A stretch of 64,000 bases of DNA from Eledone cirrhosa (GCA_964016885.1 OZ024740.1:106702001-106766000), one strand, 5' to 3'. Shown: positions 14,853 through 28,577, counted from the first letter of the stretch. Notes: a model not told the origin generated them from the sequence alone. Made by a program: numbers and translations.

Positions 14853-14967
14853 TATATATATCAAATAATAGTAAAGACGGGATTAAATGACCATATATAT
14901 ATATATTGTGTGTATACACACATACACACACACATACAAACACACACACACACAAATATACACACAC

Positions 14968-15080
<113 letters not shown>

Positions 15081-15767
15081 CACAATCCCTTCTTTATCCA
15101 TTGTGTATTCGATTCTAATTACATTCGCCATCTGAAGAAGTTTGAATAATATCTCACAATATATTAAAAATACTTTTCTGTTCACATTCCGTTTGACCGA
15201 CATCAACCAGTAATTGGTTCTTCTTCAACATATACTGCATTACCATAATTTTTAACATATACATGAGGGTGATAATTTTTCTTTTCGGTGGTAGGGACTA
15301 CAGTCGATCCCCAATACCTGATTGATACTTATTTATATCAACCCCGGAAGGAATAAACGTAAAGTCGAATCCGGCAGGATTACCACTCGGAAGAGAGTCC
15401 AAACCGGGTGCAGATTTTAACTCTGAGGTAAATGGACATAAATCAAAGCGCACAACGCTTTTTGTTAGACGCTCTACCAATCCTGCGCCTACAATCTTCT
15501 TAAACTTACGCAGGGCCAAAAATACGAAGCGGATGACTAGACTCGACATCACATGACTGACTGTTAACTTGTCTTACTTGGACGAATCTCAACTAATTAC
15601 AGAAGCGTCAAAATAAATACTGCAAAGAATTTTGTCCAACGTTCCTCTTTTTCTGTAAAACTAATTGTGCTTCTAATCATGTTCTGAACACAAACAAAAA
15701 GTAGCTAGTTTGTTAACGAATGTTCCAGTCTTTAGCTCCAGTTCATCTCTTGACTTATGATCAAAGA

Positions 15768-16330
15768 CATTCCAGTCATAGCTATAAACACTATACTTAA
15801 TACCATATGGTCATTCCAGTCATAGCTATAAACACTATACTTAATACCATATGGTCATTCCAGTTATAGCTATAAACACTATACTTAATACCATATGGTC
15901 ATTCCAGTTATAGCTATAAACACTATACTTAATACCATATGGTCATTCCAGTTATAGCTATAAACACTATACTTAATACCATATGGTCATTCCAGTCATA
16001 GCTATAAACACTATACTTAATACCATATGGTCATTCCAGTTATAGCTATAAACACTATACTTAATACCATATGGTCATTCCAGTCATAGCTATAAACACT
16101 ATACTTAATACCATATGGTCATTCCAGTTATAGCTATAAACACTATACTTAATACCATATGGTCATTCCAGTCATAGCTATAAACACTATACTTAATACC
16201 ATATGGTCATTCCAGTCATAGCTATAAACACTATACTTAATACCATATGGTCATTCCAGTCATAGCTATAAACACTATACTTAATACCATATGGTCATTC
16301 CAGTCATAGCTATAAACACTATACCTAATA
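15768..16330. repeat. 44-bp minisatellite, about 12.8 copies
   Basis: Unit CATTCCAG(T)(C/T)ATAGCTATAAACACTATACTTAATACCATATGGT; starts at 15768, 15812 and so on to 16296. Confidence 0.95.
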
Positions 16331-16444
16331 TGTCCTTTTTATTCATGTTTAAAATCAGTAAATATTGACTTGACTTTTTAGAACGCCGAAGAACTCTACA
16401 GAGGCGGCTTAGTTGGTTCAGAAGAACGAATGTTTAGTTGAGTG

Positions 16445-16755
16445 TAATGGTAAAAACTCCCTTCAGTCACAAATGACCATGGTATTCGCACCTAGAAAGT
16501 TCCCCTCCAAGGCACAACCCCAGCCAAGGTGTTTTTGTGGAAGACCAGATCTTGCCCATGCATACAAATCTTCCCTCTCCAGGCCGCCGATGTTGTCCAA
16601 GGAAAAGTCAAGAGCCGATACAGCTCGGCACCAGTGACACCGCAACTCATTTCTACAGCAATGTGAAATAAAGTGTCTTGCTCAAGGACACAACACACCA
16701 CTTAGCCCGGGAATCTAACTCACAACCTCATGATCGTAAGTCCAATGCTCTATAT
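16445..16755 (-). mobile_element. tRNA-derived CORE-type SINE
   Basis: Reverse complement of the family seen at 50972-51310 and 60085-60403. Confidence 0.75.
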
Positions 16756-17639
16756 ACGTCTAGTTGAGTGTATGGGGGGAGAAAATGACTAAAAGTTGGA
16801 TCCGGTGAATGTAAAATGAAAAAAGGAAGGAGTGTAGTAACAACCAAATATTCTAGCTTTGTTTCTTTGGAATAACAATAAGTTCCATTTTCAGAAATAT
16901 GTTTACTCTTATTCTTAGGATGCAGTGTCCCCAATTTTATTTGTACCTGGAGCCAATCGATGAGCCTTTGCAACGGGATTGAAGTATTCCCTTGCCTACT
17001 GAAGTTTTCTGAGAAAAAAACTTTTAAAGATAAACAGAGGTTTGAAGATCAAAACGATTCCATATAGGCTGTTTTCAATACTCTTTAATCATTAAACAAT
17101 TATCTGTTAACCGTAATGTCTATGAAATTAATCAGGAGTCCGAATACGTACAGATTGGTGACGTAATAATCCCAGCCATATCTACAGCCAATTAGCATGT
17201 TTCCCACCCACCTCATTAGATATTGATGGCGGTGGATTGGCAGAATCGACAGTGCCGGACAACATGCTTCATAGCATATAGTAACGTCTCTTTGCGTTCT
17301 GAGTTCAAATCCCACAGATATTAACTTTGCCTTTCATCCTTACGAGGTCGATAAAGTACCAATAACGCAATGGAGTTGATTTAATCGACTTTTCTCATCC
17401 CCCCCCCCCCCCCACCCACCCCCACCACCACCACCAAAAATATGTTGGGCTTGTGTCTAAATCAGAAATCGTTATTAGTGAATGAAGAGTCACAATGAAT
17501 TTAAGCTTTCCCTCAATTTGTTCAATTTGTTGTCACTGCATGAAAGTAACCCTTTCTGCAATTGTTAACACTAATAAAAGAATAAAGAGGTGCCGGCGCA
17601 AATTCTTAAGGACAGATCAATATTTGTACATAGAAGTAA

Positions 17640-18960
17640 ATGAAAAGTTAGTGTGGAGGTAGGGAAGAGAGATAGTATTCAGTTGCAGTTTGTAAAAAGT
17701 CAAAAATCTTGACCGCTGTTATGTAAACAAAATAAACTTTACGTTTAGACAAGCTAACGTTTTAAAAGAATATTTATGCAAACAACAATCTACTTTTTAG
17801 AAAGACATTAATAAAAATACTTGTATAATGCAAGCAAGTTATGAAGTGTGTGTACTAATTGCAAAGAAAGTGAAACCGCACATCAAAGGAGAATTTGTTG
17901 AAATGTGTATAGTTGCAGCTGAATGGATATTATTTCCAGAAAAAGTCAGTTTGTTGTGTAAATATTGCACAGTTGGCTATATTTGCACATAGAGTACAGC
18001 AACACACAAGATTTATTTTGATTAAAAGAAAGAAAATATATTTCTGCATAGAACTTCCAGAGGTGATGTTCTTGTCGGTGTTCAAACGAGCAGGTGCAAG
18101 TAGTTTTCATTTACCCTACGAACTTAATGGTGTTGTCATCTATGGTTAAGGTCTGTCCCAATTGTAGAGGCTCATCTTAATTCCGGTTTCGTATCACATT
18201 AAGTGAATGTGAATACAATATTTCTATCTCGATAGTACGCCAGTAAGCCCGTCGCAAGATTAACACCTAGTTGCTGGTGGTAGTCATTTTCTTCAGTTAG
18301 ATGGATTGGAGCAACTTAAAATGCAACATCTTGCTCTAAAACACTATGATCCTGAGCCCAAAACCTAACCACTAAGCCAGGCACTATCTATCATAGAATC
18401 CCCAAAAGAAATTGTTTCTTTAATCGAGAGAGATTGGAAAATTGTTTACTGGAATCGAATACTTAATAGTGTGCCATTCATTACCTTTTTCACAAACAAA
18501 ATATATCATCACATTTTCTAAGGCTGAACAAGGTGATGAAAGTGGTAACAAGATGTATTAACTTCATAGAAAAGAAAGAATTTGACAGCAGAGAATTTAA
18601 TATCAGAACACCTTGAAGCAAAATATTGTATTTTATGTTACCATTGAGGTTCGCCGGTTAAGCAGAGTGTCATGCTCAAATGCTTCCACTAGCGGGTAAA
18701 CGAAATTAAATGCTTCTTTTCCATTATGAAATTACAGGACAAAAACGGTTATGTGATTTAGCATTTTAGTTGATATCACAAGATGCATAAAGGATCTAAG
18801 TTTAACATTACAAGCTTATCACTTCTCTTCTTGCCAATATCAGGGGCTTTACAAAACTAAAAGAAAAAATACACTACAATTACGTATCTTCATACACAGA
18901 AAGAAGAGAAACCAGAATTGGAATACTTTGCAGAGTGTTTCAATTTCAAGAGGCGGGAAT
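17640..18960 (+). pseudogene. Highly decayed hAT transposase (SPIN/Charlie, GTF2IRD2-like)
   Basis: Manually translated fragments: ASYEVCVLIAKKVKPHIKGEFVEMC (~17831), EVRRLSR (EVRWLSR motif, ~18646) and LCDLAF..VDIT (~18750). A SINE interrupts it at about 18150-18380. Confidence 0.65.
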
Positions 18961-20603
18961 TTGCAAAAACACAAGCTTAGAGCAAAATTTTGCGATGCTC
19001 CTTTCGCGTTAATTTATTCACAATCGGATAAAACTACTTGTCCTTAATATATATGTTCTAGGTGGGTGATTTATAAATGAAAGCCATTCTTGTGAAAGTC
19101 AATTCTTCTAACATCTAAAATTAACAACAATAAATTTTCACGATTCGAAAAATGAATAGAATACATTTACTGCCAAGATCTTTTTTATCTGGATATACCA
19201 GCAAATCATGCAAATGTTTTCTAGTCGTGGTCGTGGTAGTCGAAGACAAATTGGTGAATTAAAAATGACATCGCTGTTTCTTTTACAGTTACTTACAGAT
19301 ACTGATCTGACAAATCAGGTAGAGATTACTATATCATCAGGGCCATATACCATCTCGGAGCTTGCCAAAGCAACACAGAACCAACCATCCTATTAAGATA
19401 CAAGGTAAGACGTTTCATTAAATTTCAAACGTTACATTTTTGTGGCATCATACTATCAACAGTATTCTAACAACTTCCATTAATAGAAGATGTGGCATAA
19501 TCCCTCTCGTTCTGGTGTTCTCGTAACACCTTCGGAAAGGGGTATTTTACCCAAAATATAAGGACTAGTTAAATATTTCTAGGATAACATTTCAATATCT
19601 TTGTAATTGTTATTATTGTTAGTGTTCAGCGCGATGGATTGGGAGTAATCGGGAGGGCATCGGACAACATGATTTGAGGCATATAGATATGGCCCTTTAC
19701 ATTCTGGGTTCAAATCTCGCTGAGATTAGCTTTGTCTTCCATCCTTACGGGATTGATAAAATAATACCCCAGTGATGCACTGAGTCGATTTAATCGACTT
19801 TCTCCTCCCCTTCACATTGCTGGCCTTGTGTCAATTGTAAAAACAATTGTTCACTTTCTATTGCTATAGACTTCTTTAACCATGGTTTAATTTTATGTTA
19901 CTTCGTATGACTGCAAATCTAGAAATTCGTAAAATTAAAATCCATTTTTTGTTAATAGATACATCCCCTGCAGGTTCTTACACATTTGCAATTCTCTCCT
20001 TCAGCACTGTCAACTTTCCCGGTCCGACGGAGAGATCTCCCACTTTGGGGTGGGTGAGAAATGTCTTCTCTTGTGAAAATTGGTTTAGCTTTCATTATGT
20101 AAAAATCTCCCCATTTTGCCTCATTTTTCCCCCATTTGGGGCACTTTTGTTCATGTGTTCCCCATTTGGGTTTTTAGAGCTTAGCAGGTCTGCTCCTGGT
20201 ACTAAACAGGTCTTACACTCCTGCTCGACGTGGTAACACAATCTATAAGAAATAGTAGCCAAATCTCAAACCAGATCTTGCTGCCTTGAAATAAAGTAAT
20301 GACATGTTTGTGCCAACTAGAATGCTCTTGATCATAGGTCAATTTAAACAGAGATAGTCAAGAGCTAAATAACGACATTGTACATCGTACACAGTCGTAT
20401 ATTTCTTTGTTTACTTCTTCTATTCTATCTTCTTTCACTCCTCCTGCACCTCTTTCTTTCTACACAAATATGTCAGCCAAGAGGGACAGACAGATAGGCA
20501 GACAGACAGTGGTGAAAAGTGAGAGACAAAAAGAAGTGAGAAGAGAGTATCAGAGAAAGGAAAAGACAGCTAGAAAGAGAAGACTTTGAAAGCCAGAACA
20601 CTA

Positions 20604-20655
<52 letters not shown>

Positions 20656-21058
20656 TTAGCGAAAATCGGATTTCGGCGGGTAGAAATTAGCGAAACACAA
20701 CTTCCATATTGTGCAGACAAGCGCTCCATGGATATGAAGAAGATACCAGAGCTATAAACATAAGTTAAAATGGTCATACACGCTGAGACGATGGTTAAGA
20801 AGCCATTAACCACCATAGCCAAAAAAGCGAACAAGCTAAACGGGTCAAACAAAATGAGATATGATTGAAATATTTACCCGGACCCTCGGGGAAGATGGAA
20901 TACTCCGAAATTGGGTTTCTGCAACACCTAAATCAATAATACTGTCTGCTTATAAAAAAATAAGCTTTTGGTATAATGATCGAACATGACATCGCTTTCT
21001 CAACAGCTTTTTGTTCTTCTGGCACCAGAATCTCGCAGGTTATGAAAGCACATGTGAG

Positions 21059-21093
<35 letters not shown>

Positions 21094-21105
21094 GCATACA
21101 CACAC

Positions 21106-21174
<69 letters not shown>

Positions 21175-21331
21175 CATATATACATATATATATAAATATA
21201 AGTATGTATACGTACATACATATATGTGTACAGACGTACAGTAGTATGTATATATATACATACATGCACACATATATATAAGTACGTATGGGTTTTTGCA
21301 ACCCGTTTGGACCCATATATATATACATATA

Positions 21332-21385
<54 letters not shown>

Positions 21386-21514
21386 GATATACGGTAAGTT
21401 GTGGGGTCGATTCTGCATGAAGAACTCAATGTAATCCATATGTTGAAAATGTTGTAGGTTAAAATAAATCCCGGAAAACAATAAAACATTAAAAGGAAAA
21501 CAGAGTCATGATAT

Positions 21515-21767
21515 AAGTTAAAACAATGAAATAAAAAATCAAGTCATTAGAGATATACTTCACTGCTTTACGATCGTTTCTAGGTGATGATAATACATTG
21601 TAGCTATACTTCGTTATTGATCTATGTAAGATTAGTAACAAAATATCAGATAAAGAGAATATTTACTTACATGCATATCACCAGCTGTTTTCAAAAGCAA
21701 TAATAATTTTATTCAAAATTAGTATCTAGTATCTTGTCCTTATTTGGAGGTAGTTGAAGAACTAACC
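21515..21767 (-). mobile_element. AT-rich repeat, probable Penelope-like 3' end; second copy begins at 63148
   Basis: TAAGTTAAAACAATGAAATAAAAAATCAAGTCATTAGAG...GTAGTTGAAGAACTAA is shared with 63148-63404. Both copies abut (TA)n. Confidence 0.6.
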
Positions 21768-21772
21768 AATAC

Positions 21773-21849
<77 letters not shown>

Positions 21850-21892
21850 TATTTTCCTTGGTTATGTCAAAATTTATAAAACACACTTCGTA

Positions 21893-21949
21893 TTTTATCT
21901 GATGAAAGTGTACCAAAGTTTCGGTACCCTTGAAATATATATAATAGAA
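21893..21949 (+). ncRNA. Minimal type-I hammerhead ribozyme in a ~240-bp (TA)n-flanked element (21851-22091)
   Basis: TTTTAT CTGATGA AAGTGTACC-aaagtttc-GGTACCCTT GAAA TATATA TA|ATAGAA. Confidence 0.7.
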
Positions 21950-22105
21950 TAAATATGGTTTTATAAATATAGTTTCCATTTACTTAATGTCATTGAATGT
22001 CATTACTCCAGAAAACTTGTCGAGTGCTCAGAATCAGTTATAAACATTTATATTTGTTGAATTACCAACAAATTGAATATCCCTTCTGCTTATATATATA
22101 TATAA

Positions 22106-22177
<72 letters not shown>

Positions 22178-22189
22178 ATACTTTGGGAG

Positions 22190-22267
<78 letters not shown>

Positions 22268-22337
22268 AATATAAATTCAACGAGAATCGCATTTCGGCGG
22301 GTAGAAATAGCGAAACATAACGCAAATTCCGAGTCAT

Positions 22338-23003
22338 GCTAATAAGCTTGAAACTAGTACATCGTTCCTTTGTCAGTGTTGAACAAATGAGCAACGATGG
22401 TTGCTAAACACTGTACGGCTTAATCCGCGATGTTTGTTTACAAACAAACCGAGCATTATAATAAATGTTCGGTGAATCCATACGTACATATATATATGTG
22501 TGCATGTATGTATATATATATACATACTACTGTACGTCTGTATACATATATGTATGTACGTATACATACTTATATTTAAGTAGCAGCCGTACTAAGAGTG
22601 GGAAATGAAATTTCGTTTCATTTTTTCCGTTTATCGTTTTCGGTGCGCCCGGCCGATTAACTCACTCGATATACAAATTAGGCTGCTCAGCCGTTAATAT
22701 GCATAAGGAAAGAAATATACTTTCAGACGTTTAATCATGTGGAAGAAAGTATACGATGCTGACGATAGCTAATAAGCTTGAAACTAGTACATCGTTCCTT
22801 TGTCAGTGTTGAACAAAAAGGGCAACGATGGTTGCTAGACACTGTACATTCGGGATGTTTGTTTACAAACACACCGAGCATTATAATAAATGTTCGGTGA
22901 ATCTATACGTACATATATATATGTGTGCATGTATGTATATATATATACATACTACTGTACGTCTGTATACATATATGTATGTACGTATACATACTTATAT
23001 TTA
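22338..23003 (+). mobile_element. Partial tandem duplication (430-bp period) of a hammerhead-bearing retrozyme or Penelope pseudo-LTR
   Basis: 22338-22578 is repeated at 22768-23003. An inverted piece lies at about 21193-21288. Confidence 0.75.
22753..22795 (+). ncRNA. Minimal type-I hammerhead ribozyme
   Basis: ACGATG CTGACGA TAGCT-aata-AGCTT GAAA CTAG TA|CATCGT; 6-bp stem I, palindromic stem III ACTAGT. Confidence 0.8.
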
Positions 23004-23119
23004 TATATATATGTATATATATATATATGTATATATATATGTGTATGTATATATATATATATATGTGTGTATATATATATATATATATAAATATATACAT
23101 ATATAGATATATATGTATA

Positions 23120-23248
<129 letters not shown>

Positions 23249-23565
23249 TTCCCCAAATTGACGGATAAGTATTATTTCTTGATTTTATTTTAAATTAAGA
23301 TTGTATTGTTTTTTCCCCAACTTACACAAAGTCTAAGGATAAAGTTTGTTTCTTCTTGATTTGTTTTGAATTAAGATTGTGTTACTTTTTCCCTCATCTT
23401 GCATTAAATATTTTTTCATATTGATGATATAGTCACTTATATACCTGAATTATTGTTGGCATTCTGCTTACATTAATTTTATTTTCATTTATATATTTAT
23501 ACTCGGTGTTTTCCTTGAGTGCTTTTAATATTTGTGACTAATCCCGGTTTAAAAAAAAAAAAAAG

Positions 23566-26500
23566 CCTGCCTTTCGTACGCAGGGAGAAACCCTTCTTCG
23601 TCAGCAGAGGAAGCAGCTCCCTAAACTTCTTTCAACCCGTCCTTATTCTAGATACTATGGCCTCGGAACACCCCGCTCCCATGCTAATCTGATCACCTAG
23701 GTACCGGAAGCTATCAACCACTTCTATAGCACACACCTGCATTTGAAAAATGTGTCTATCAATGCGACTTCTACTGTCAAATGTCCCTGTACATCTACTG
23801 CATGCGTATTTCCCCCTACCTGTTAGTTTGCCTGCTATCCCGCTACATCTCTTGTGTACCCAAGATCTGCATTGTGTATATTTTATAGAATTTTATGCCA
23901 GTTCCTTTTCTGCATATCGAACATTGCCATTTCCCTGACGGTTCCATAGCCTGAATCTATTCTCCAGCTCCTCTACTGATTCTGCTATAAGAACCAGATT
24001 GTCAGCATAGAGAAGTTCCCATGGACAGCCAGTCTTAAATTCCTCTGTTATGGCTTGGCGGACTATAATGAACAAGAACGGACTAAGGACCGAACCCTGA
24101 TGAACTCCTACTTGTATCTGGAATTCCTCACTAAACTCCATTCCTACCCGCACTTTACTGACAACACCTCTGTACAAAGCTTGCACTGTCTTCACAAGCC
24201 ATTCCTCAACACCCAGCTTCCTTAGGGACCACCAGATGACAGATCGGGGTACCCTATCAAAGGCCTTCTCTAAGTCAACAAAAGCTAAGTATAGTGGATT
24301 ATTCTTCTCTAGGAACCTCTCTTGTACTTGTCTAACTAAGAAGAGGGCATCCGTTGTACTTTTCCCAGGCACAAAACCAAACTGCATCTCATCTAGTTTA
24401 ACACTTTCTCTAATTAGTTACGCTAATATCCTTTCTGCCACTTTCATGACCTGATCCATCAATTTTATGCCCCTATAATTGCTCCTCTCCAGAGAATCCC
24501 CTTTACCTTTGTAACAATTTATGAGAATACTGCTGCATCAGTCTTTGGGTATGACACTACCATATATAGCCTGATTGATGATGCGTGCAGCCAGTTTAGT
24601 GTCTACATCCCCTGATGCATTCAGCATCTCAGCAACTATCCCCGACGGTCCAGCGGCTATACCATTTTTCATTTCCTTAATCGCCTCTTGGACCCTATAT
24701 TCATCAATCTCAATAGCTGGTCCCTCAGTCGGATCTACTGGAGGTAATTTCTCTCTCGCCATTCGTTCTCCACATTCATCAGTCTCTCATAATGACATTT
24801 CCAGGCCTCCTTTTTCTGATCATTCGTGACACTAAGTACACCGGCATCATTCCAAACACATTTATCCCCAACAACATCCTGATTTGCATTGACACACTGC
24901 CTTGCAATGTGGAACACAGCACGCCTCTGATCTTCCCATCGCAGAACATTGGCAAACCTCCTACTCTCAGCCTCCCTGCATGCTAAGTACACCTGACGTC
25001 TAGCTTCTCTCTTAGCGGCTGTATATCCTTCTCTACTCCCACCATTTTTCCAAGCTTTACATACTAGTCTTTTGTCTCTAATGGCCCTATCTACCTTGCT
25101 GTTCCACCACCAGGTCACTCTCTGTTGGGTTGGAGCTCTGCTCCAGCCACAATTTTCTTCAGTAGCCTGTAATAAGTTGTCACGTAAGAAATTCCAGTTA
25201 TCATCTATGTCATACGACTCTAAATCGTCTTCTTTTTCGTCATACACATCTTGAAGGGCTTTCCTAAATTTGTATTTTAGTGAAAGGTCTTTTAACTTCC
25301 AGACCTTTCTTCTCCACACCTTCCTGTATGTCTCATTCCGTCTCTTGCTTACTGCGATATCACTAACGAGTAACCTATGCTGTGGGGTACATTCTTCCCC
25401 GGGGTATGCCTTGGTATTTGACACCATCTGTATGTCCCGCTGCCTAACTAGCAAGAAGTTAATCTGGCTTATGTACTCGCCTGATTTGTACGTTATTAGG
25501 TGGTTGGCAGGTTTCTGGAAGTTAGTGTTGCAAATGGTTAGTGCTCTTGCATCAAAATATTCAAGAAGTCTCACTCCTTCTTCATTTCTTGAGCCGTAAC
25601 CGTGCCCACCATGTACCCCAGTGTAACCATCCTGGAGCTGTCCAACATGACCATTGAAGTCCCCTGCTAGCATAACGATGTCTCCGTCCTCTGTCATTGC
25701 GGCTGTTTGTAAAAGTTGCTCGTAAAAGCAGTCTTTCTCTTCTTTACCTAGGCCTGCCTGGGGAGCATAGGCAGAGATGATTGTCAGTAGTCTCTTGCCT
25801 ACAACTAATCTAAGTTTAATTATTCTATTAGTAACTCGAACTACCACTATTGTCTTATCGATCTATCTCTCAGCCAGGAAAATGCCTACTCCCCCTAACC
25901 CATCATCATTACCCACCCAGAAAAACTTATAAGTAAGATGCTTGCCTGCGATTAGTCGCGCAGAGGCACCTCTCCATCTCACCTCTTGCACGCAGCACAC
26001 ATCCACATGCCTTCTCTCCAGCATCTCCACTATCTCACCAGATCTACCTGTGAGAGTGCCAACATTAAATGTTGCAACTCTGAGATGCGACATCTTCCTA
26101 TTCTTGTTCTTTTTCCTTTTCCTGTAGCGCGATTGCTTGATGACGGTCGGGGGGTTCTCGCACATGGCCTCACCAGCCACCCCACTACTGTGCGCAGCCC
26201 TAACATGGTTAGTGTTATTGCTGTTGACGCAGTTGTTGCAATTCTCAAGTGTTGTGCTCATAGTCTTTGGCAGTAGTATATATACTGGTTGGATACCCTT
26301 CCTAACACCAGCACCACTTTACAGCGTGGACTGGGTGCTTTTATTCGTGCCACCAGCACTAGAGAGGGTGTCTTACTGGACTCAGGGGCCCTAACCACCC
26401 CTCCATTTTTACAGCATGAACTGGATACTTTTATTCGTGCCACCAGCACTAGGGAAGTTGTCTTACTGGACTTAGGGGACTTCTCTACCCCGCACCAATT
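23566..26500 (-). mobile_element. Long RTE-clade LINE (APE endonuclease plus RT), decayed and 3'-truncated
   Basis: APE motifs LRVATFNVGTL..VCCVQEVRW, AYAPQ, GDFNGHVG and QHRLL; RT motifs QFGFVPGKSTTDA, FVDLEKAFDRV, GVHQGSVLSP and LLYADNL. The 5' UTR has a tandem duplication at 26310-26490. Confidence 0.9.
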
Positions 26501-27059
26501 TATAAGGTGTGGTAGCTCTCCTAGACTAGTTGCCTACATTACGGCTTACGGAGCCTCCGTCCGCCCCTTGTCTGTTCTATGATATATTCACGAGGGTGTG
26601 GTTAGCATACAGCGTCGAGCATGTATACCGAATGTGGTGGAGGCTGGGGCGGGTGGGTGGGAAGTGAGAACAGTAATGGCTGATACATAGAATTTTTAAC
26701 ACAGTTTACAAGTCACATACACACATATATATAAATATACAAGTCTCGACAAATTATACAAACATGAACAACCATCTTTACGAAATGTGAGAACCGTAAT
26801 GGCTTTCACAATCGTACAAGCCGTTACACATACTATTTGAACATAATTTGGGAGATATAAAAAATGAACACCTATGTTTAATAAATCCACACATATCTTC
26901 TTAAAATTTGACACAGATAACTAAATATATCCATGAACAATCTCTCTAAGCATGTTTATCTATGCATTGATTTTCGTTCCATCATCAAATTCCCACAGAT
27001 CAATCCTTTGGTTCCAAAGTCACCTGGTGGTTCATCTGTGATTTCGCTTGTATATATGT

Positions 27060-27257
27060 ATAACAAAGGAAATGTGGTAAGGAACCAGATGGACCATAAC
27101 GCACCAGAGTACTCAATACTTAGAGTAGTAGAGTGGGAAATAGGAAAAAGTATGACCCCGACGGCAGAGCTCAAGCCGTTTCGACGGTTATTTCTGGACA
27201 GTCCAGAAATAGCCGTCGAAACGGCTTGAGCTCTGCCGTCGGGATCATACTTTTTCC
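27060..27257. mobile_element. (TA)n-flanked mini-element ending in a 115-bp hairpin (27143-27257); second copy at 44506-44660
   Basis: Palindrome centred on 27200. AACAAAGGAA..GGTAAGGAACCAGATGGACCATAACGCACC is shared with 44506-44660. Confidence 0.75.
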
Positions 27258-27407
27258 AATATATATATATATAGTTAGGGAAGCAGAAAATTGCTTCTTG
27301 TGATCCAGTTGGTGGTTAAGAAAGCCAGTTTCATGGACGGTTTCAACGTACGGTTAGGGGTAACTCCACAAGTTTGTAAGAATTCCGTTCAATCTTGGAG
27401 TATAAAG

Positions 27408-27485
27408 TATAAAAGAGAAAATACAGGTAAGCATTAAGAGAAGGAAATCCTTCTCTTAATGCTTACCTGTGTTTTCTCTTTTATA
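27408..27485. repeat. 78-bp hairpin adjacent to an AT microsatellite
   Basis: TATAAAAGAGAAAATACAGGTAAGCATTAAGAGAAGGA-aa-TCCTTCTCTTAATGCTTACCTGTGTTTTCTCTTTTATA. Confidence 0.85.
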
Positions 27486-27595
27486 TATATTTATTTATAT
27501 ATTTATTTATATATATCATGGATATCCAGGGATAACTTGAACCCTTAAGGTATATTATCCTTGGTTATGTCAAAATTTATAAAACACACTTCATA

Positions 27596-27638
27596 TTTTA
27601 TCTGATGATAGCGTACCCTAGAAATATATATAATAGAA
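27596..27638 (+). ncRNA. Minimal type-I hammerhead ribozyme, second copy of the 21893 family (element about 27555-27763)
   Basis: TTTTAT CTGATGA TAG-cgtacc-CTA GAAA TATATA TA|ATAGAA. Confidence 0.7.
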
Positions 27639-27987
27639 TAAATATGGTTTTATAAATATAGTTTCCATTTATTTAATGTCATTGAATATTATACTCCAGA
27701 AAACTTGTCGAGTGCTCATTTATATTTGTTGAATTACCAACAAATTGAATATCCCTTCTGCTTATATATATATATATATACAGATGGCGTTATCTGATGG
27801 CTAAAACAGCACGACGTGCTGTGACCAGCGGCGCCGATTGGCGCCCGGCAGACTGGTCAGTCAAGGTGATATATATATATACATATATACCATATATATA
27901 TATATATACATATATACCATATATATATATACATATATACCATATATATATATATACATATATACCATATATATATACACATATATA

Positions 27988-28044
<57 letters not shown>

Positions 28045-28046
28045 TA

Positions 28047-28111
<65 letters not shown>

Positions 28112-28171
28112 ATATATATATACATATATATATATACATATATACATATATATACATATATACCATATATA

Positions 28172-28577
28172 CGAGGGCTCCCAAAAGTAAGGTCCCCTTC
28201 CGATATTGCAACTTCCGATATTGCAACTTTTCCGTTAAAATCCTGTGGATGGTGCTTCGGGAAGCCTCAGGAACCAAAATACAGAGAGCATCCAGAGTGA
28301 TCCGCCGATCTTTACGCATGTTTTCCTCGGAAGGAGACCTTACTTTTGGGATTGCCCTCTATATAATAACTGCGCGAAATTAGCACTTGGCGGTAGCGTT
28401 CAACGTGAGCTCCATTCTCAACGGCTGCCAAGCCAAGATTGAGCATCCCAGCGAAGCGCGAGCATGCTTGTTTGGGAGTGAAGGAAGCCCCATTCAAAAC
28501 AGTGTTGCCAACAGCCGTACGAACAGTTTCTCTGCGTCCCCATCGCTTTGGAGACCTTACTTTTGGGATTACCCTCG
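28172..28577 (-). mobile_element. Internally deleted or nested mariner derivative (MITE-like) with three TIR copies
   Basis: TIR CGAGGG..CCCAAAAGTAAGGTC at 28172 with inverted copies ending at 28359 and 28577, all TA-flanked. Transposase scraps include [24 protein letters not shown]. Confidence 0.75.

Noticed and set aside
15768-16330. CRISPR-like array
   Set aside because: The units are contiguous with no unique spacers, there are no cas genes, and the context is eukaryotic.
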